Source of the DNA: the human T2T-CHM13v2.0 reference genome, Homo sapiens
Assembly (NCBI RefSeq): GCF_009914755.1
Contig: NC_060928.1
DNA: 64,000 nucleotides
Reading direction: 5' to 3' (one strand)
Positions 58,300 to 64,000 of this stretch are shown piece after piece. Below the pieces are notes generated by a model. The model had not been told where the DNA came from. It made no database searches and saw only the letters and a program-made list of their open reading frames with translations. How positions within the stretch are numbered: the stretch's first letter is position 1; every line of letters starts with the position of its first letter. A program made the translations under genes and the position numbers.

Positions 58300-60020
58300 T
58301 TTTTGAACTAGATCCTTCCCATTGACATGTAAACATGCTCATTTCTCTTCCATCTTAAATCAGAACAAAAGCTCCACATTTTCTTCCTGCAACCGTCTCT
58401 CTATCCATTGCCAAGCTTCTTAAATGGAGTGGTCTCTGCCGCCTCACCACTTACATACTCTCCCTAGCCTATTCCTCTTTGACTTCCACCCCATCATTCC
58501 ATGGAAACTGTTCCTGGTGTGGTCTCCGAGCATCTCCGTGTTGATAAACCTTACGTGACCACAGCAACTTTTGGTATTGTTGACCATTCCCTCCTTCTCG
58601 AAACACTTAACTTCTTATGTGTTGTCAAACTTGCCTGGTTTTCTTCATCTTTGTTGATGTTTCATCATTTTTCTTTGCAGGCTCGTCCTCTTCCCTTGAC
58701 CATTAAATGTTGAAGTTCGTCAATTCTTAGTCCAAAACCTTTTTTTTCCTCTCAATAAATCCTGTCTCCTTGGCAAGTTCATCCAGTGCCCAGAGTTTCC
58801 CATCTATAGTCTCTTCAGTGTCAGATTTATATTTGTAAATCTTTTGTTTTTGCGCCTTGATGTGGTTGCCTTTTAGCCAAATGCTTCTCAAGCTCTCTGT
58901 GGTGAAGACTTTAAAATTTATAATAGGTCACAGATCGGCACTTTTCTAAAATACAGTAAAAATGATTTTCTAGAAAAATAAGGAAAAATTTTTATTAAAC
59001 AGATGTGAAATTACTCTGTAAATTTCAATAAAAGCTTCTATATACTTATTCTCCTGTTTTGTACTTGTCATGAAGCAGTAACAAATCGTTGTGGGTCATA
59101 TTTTGAATAGCACTGTACAATAACTCTTCTCATGAGTGTCCCAAAGATACTTCAGGACTAACTTCATGAGCCCGTTATTTCCTCCAACAAAATAAACTTC
59201 AACTCTGTTCAGTTTTTCCCGCTGCAAAATTCAGAAACCTAAGAGTCATCCATGACTCTCCCCCCCATATCTCACATACCTAGTCCACCACTAAATCATG
59301 TTTATTACCTAAATATTTTACATATTCCTCTTCTGCATGCCATTCCCACTGTTTCTACCTTAATTTCAGACACCATCATCTCTCACCTGGACTGCTACAA
59401 CAGCCTTTTGACTGATTTTCCAGCTTCCAATTTTGCCCCTTATTCCTTTTCCATTCTGCAGCCAGAATGATCTTGTAAGATGAAGATCTTGTCATGACAT
59501 TGCTTTTCATCCCTTTCTGGGCTCCCACTGCTGTCAGAGTAATGACCAGCATCTTGATGCAGCCTATTGCACTATTGTCCTGGGTGGTCTTGACCTTCTT
59601 TACATGGCTTCCCTATGTCTCCACCACTCTGCCTATACTCTCCTGAGGATGCGCCATACCCCCTTCTGCCCAGGAACTTTGTACATGCTGTCCTCTTTGC
59701 TGAGAATTATCTTTTTCTTCTCCTCATTTAGTTAGTTCCTACTCTTCTTTCAGACCTGATCTTAACATCACTTCCTTTGAGAAACATTCTCTTATTTGAA
59801 ATTAGGTCAGATCCCACATGGCTCTCCTGGCACTCTAAGTCATTTTTTCATTGTATTAATCTTAGTTTATTATTTTACAGCTATCCACTGATTGTTTAAT
59901 AACTCACTCATCCTACAAGGCTATAAACTCTGTGAGACCAAGGACTTGTGAACAAAAGTGCCTAGCATAGTATCTTTCATATAGTAGGCACATAGTACAT
60001 ATTTGCTGAATGAATAAATG
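58300..60020 (+). mobile_element. Fragmented L2 remnant
   Basis: ttgaccattccctccttctcgaaacact, catctctcacctggactgctacaacagcc, terminal atttgctgaatgaat. Confidence 0.65.
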
Positions 60021-61706
60021 AAGGGTGGATGGTTGTTTGAAATTATCTTTACTATCTTGTTAGTTAATGTGATACTTAAGGTGCTCAATAAATGTGAAAG
60101 TAGTTAATGGGGAAATTAGATGTTGACATATTTTTAAAGTATTGGAGGAGTGAGGTGAGAAGGGAACTGTGTGGACAACTTGAGTAGACCTATATAGTGT
60201 AAGCAGAGAACACGTTGGTGATGTTTTGGAAAATGAGACCAGTGGCTGGGAATTTGAACATGATTACCATTGAAAGACAAGGTGGAGAATAAATCCTGGG
60301 ACATGGAGAATGTGCTGGATAGGGTGGAAGGAGAAGAAGAAAACTAAAGTCTTGGGAAGGACTGAGAACACTTGTGTGGTAATTGTCAAGAGGGAAAGAT
60401 AGTTCATTGAGGTTTAGGAAGAAAGAGGCAGGAACTGAATATTATGAGATCATCTAACAGCAGTATGCTTTACTGTTAATGACCAGCAAACAATGTAAGA
60501 GAACTAATGCTCATTGGAAGGTTGAATTTCTGTCCAGCTTCTTGTATTATGCAGTATGTGTTCATTTCGTTTTATACTCAGTGCTGTTCATCTTAGCTCT
60601 GTGAGATGCTTTGTTTTTCTAGATTTGCACCTCATATAAGAAGGAAAAGAAATGTGTTGGGGAGTTGTTTTGTAGTGACAGAATAATGTAAATCATATGG
60701 GTACCTTATGGTTTTCCTTTCCTTGATTTAATTTCTTTTTTATTACAGAATATCTGTTTTCTGATTATTAAGGAAAACTTAGGTAGAGCTCTGTGATTAT
60801 GGTATATATGTTTACAATAAATTTTATAATGAAGTTGTGACATTTTTAAATTCTCTAAGTGTTTCATAGATTTTGTGCTGAAAAGAAAACCATTGTATAC
60901 TTATTTACTACATTTATTCATTTTATGGCTATTTATTGTGCAACTGCTATATTTAATGCACTGTAAGCATTGGAGATACAGAGAGAAATAGGACCCAATT
61001 CCTGCTTCAAAGCAGTATACAATTAAGGAGAAAGACTAAAACAAATGAATATTATGGTAAATGCTATTAACTGGCAGCACAGAGTGCTGGAGGAATTAGA
61101 GGAGGGACACCTAACTAAATATGGAGCTTGGTGGGGGTGGGGTGGATAGAAAGGAGTGGAGATGACAGCACATCATTTTCAGAGGTGTTGTTAACTGGCC
61201 TGAATTCTGGACCCCCTTTTTCAGCCAAAAGTTGAAATCACTAGTGGTGTGTGTTCGTATAAGGAAGACGACTTCTGTTACTATCTTTACGTATTCTTGG
61301 TAATACAAAAGAAAAAGATCTGGTGACCATAATGTGGGGCAGAAGTAGAAACATAACTTAATCCTCTAGAGCCAGATAGATGTGCCAGTTCCCAGTTCAA
61401 TCCTTTGAATACTAGTAGCTGACTCAACTTTGAACTTAAAGCTCAGAGACTCTCTTTTGCAATTATGTTTACTTCTTAATGAAATTAGAGACTCAGAAAA
61501 AAAGAAACCAATACTCACCCCATAAAACATCTTCTTTTTAGTTAATACTTAATATGTTGCCAGTAGACCCTCAAAAGCATTTGATTTTAAATCTGTTTTG
61601 TTATAACAAAAGTTGGAACACTAGTTTCTCCAGGGTATGGTAAGTACATTCATGTGGTTATATGGTTAGAGTATTTTTATTTACTGCAAAAGAAAGCATG
61701 CCTTAA

Positions 61707-61904
<198 letters not shown>

Positions 61905-63044
61905 TAGAAATACAAACTGAACATTGCAAATCCAAGAATCTAAACTCTGAAATGCTTTTGAGTGCCATGGTAGTCAAAGGAAATGCTCATTGGAACATTT
62001 TGGATTTCAGATTTGGGATGCTTAGCCAGTAAACATAAGGCAAATATTCCAAAATGGAAAATTCAAAACGCTCCTGGTCCCAAACATTTTGGATAAGGGA
62101 TACTCAACCTGTGTTTGAGATGTTTCTGATTTTAATTTTCAACACAAGCAGGAATAAATGAAAAACTGTATTTTAAAAGACATTAACATGTATATTAACT
62201 CTGTTCCTTTGCTGTCTATGACTCTGCTGGGCATAGTAGCCCCTAAAATGTTATGTAGAGAGAAGTGTTGCCTCCGGCGATAGTGACAGTATTTCTCCCT
62301 GTCAGTTAGTTATATTTCTTTATAAAAATATTATTTTGGGGGTAAGAAGGTCACCTGTTCTGTATATAAATATTTTACTATTCTCCCTTGTTTCAGCTGT
62401 TTCTCCTTGCTGTCATTTTTCATACCTGAGATTCTAAGCCTGGAACCTTTCCTGGATCATTTTTGGCAGCTTGGCTTTCTTTTCTGCTACCAGCCCCTTA
62501 TCTTTCATGGCTTCCTTTGATGCTTCTCTGATTTGCTGGGGATCCTTTGGAAATACTTTGAAATTTTTTGTCTGCTGATGGCACCCCTCCTATTCTTTTC
62601 ATTTTTCTGGCTTATGCTTTAAAGGTCCTTTACTGTGTCTTTTAGAAGAGAGGACTATAAATGTGTGAGCTTAAGCTAGAAATTTTCGCTCCTCCCTCTT
62701 AACATTTAAATCTGATAAGACCCAGGTTCTGACAAAGCTCTTGTTCTGTGTCCCTCACTATTTCCTGGATGTAGTTTAATTTCCAGGCTGGATTACTTTA
62801 CAAGTTATTTTGCCTTAATATTTTTGTCATTTTCTCATTATCACCTGTTAATGCCTTTATCTTTTTTCATATATTTTTCATATCTTCTACCGTCTTCACT
62901 GTGGGATCATTCTTGATCTTTAGAAAAAGATGTAATATTTATTAAAAAGTTTATTTTTCATGAGCCCATGTAGTATTTAAATTTTTTAAAAAATGCAATT
63001 TATCTTATTGCAATTGGTATCAGATTGTAACTCTTTTTGGGTAA

Positions 63045-63335
<291 letters not shown>

Positions 63336-63475
63336 TGACTATCTGGATCAAAGCTGCCCAGTAGAAATATAAGAGTCACAAATGTAAACCACATATGTAA
63401 TTTTGCATTTTCTTGTAACATTTTAAAAAGTAGAGAGAAACAGGTACAATGAATTACAATAGTATGTTTTATTTA

Positions 63476-63867
<392 letters not shown>

Positions 63868-64000
63868 CTAAGTCTTCAAAATCAATGTGTATGTCACACT
63901 TGTAGCACATCACAGTTTGGACTAGCCCCATTTTAAACATTTGATAGCTACATGTGCTGAGTGGCTAGTGGCCACTTGTGTTATATTAGACAACCCAAGC

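Overview
Human (primate) genomic DNA matching the FGF2 / NUDT6 / AFG2A (SPATA5) locus. Gene identities come from recognising the translated exons. The + strand carries FGF2 exon 2 (10429-10532) and exon 3 (CDS 26319-26504) with a ~5.8 kb 3'UTR ending near 32342. The - strand carries the complete 5-exon NUDT6 CDS (238+204+56+55+398 = 951 nt, 316 aa), whose last two exons lie antisense inside the FGF2 3'UTR. NUDT6 shares a CpG-island bidirectional promoter with AFG2A/SPATA5, whose exons 1-3 are present. Most of the rest is transposon-derived: many Alus, a 5'-inverted L1PA with an 18-bp TSD, a two-LTR THE1 element, MER41, LTR12 and LTR22-like solo LTRs, L2 remnants and Tigger-type elements. I see no wholly new coding system, and most short ORFs in the track are repeat artefacts. 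Best leads: the FGF2/NUDT6 overlap gated by alternative polyadenylation, a MER41 LTR with intact tandem STAT (GAS) sites, an LTR12 oriented as a possible internal NUDT6 promoter, a GC-AG first intron in NUDT6, a NAGNAG acceptor in AFG2A, and a cluster of tandem duplications with a templated junction. Repeat subfamily names are from memory of consensus sequences and were not verified computationally.
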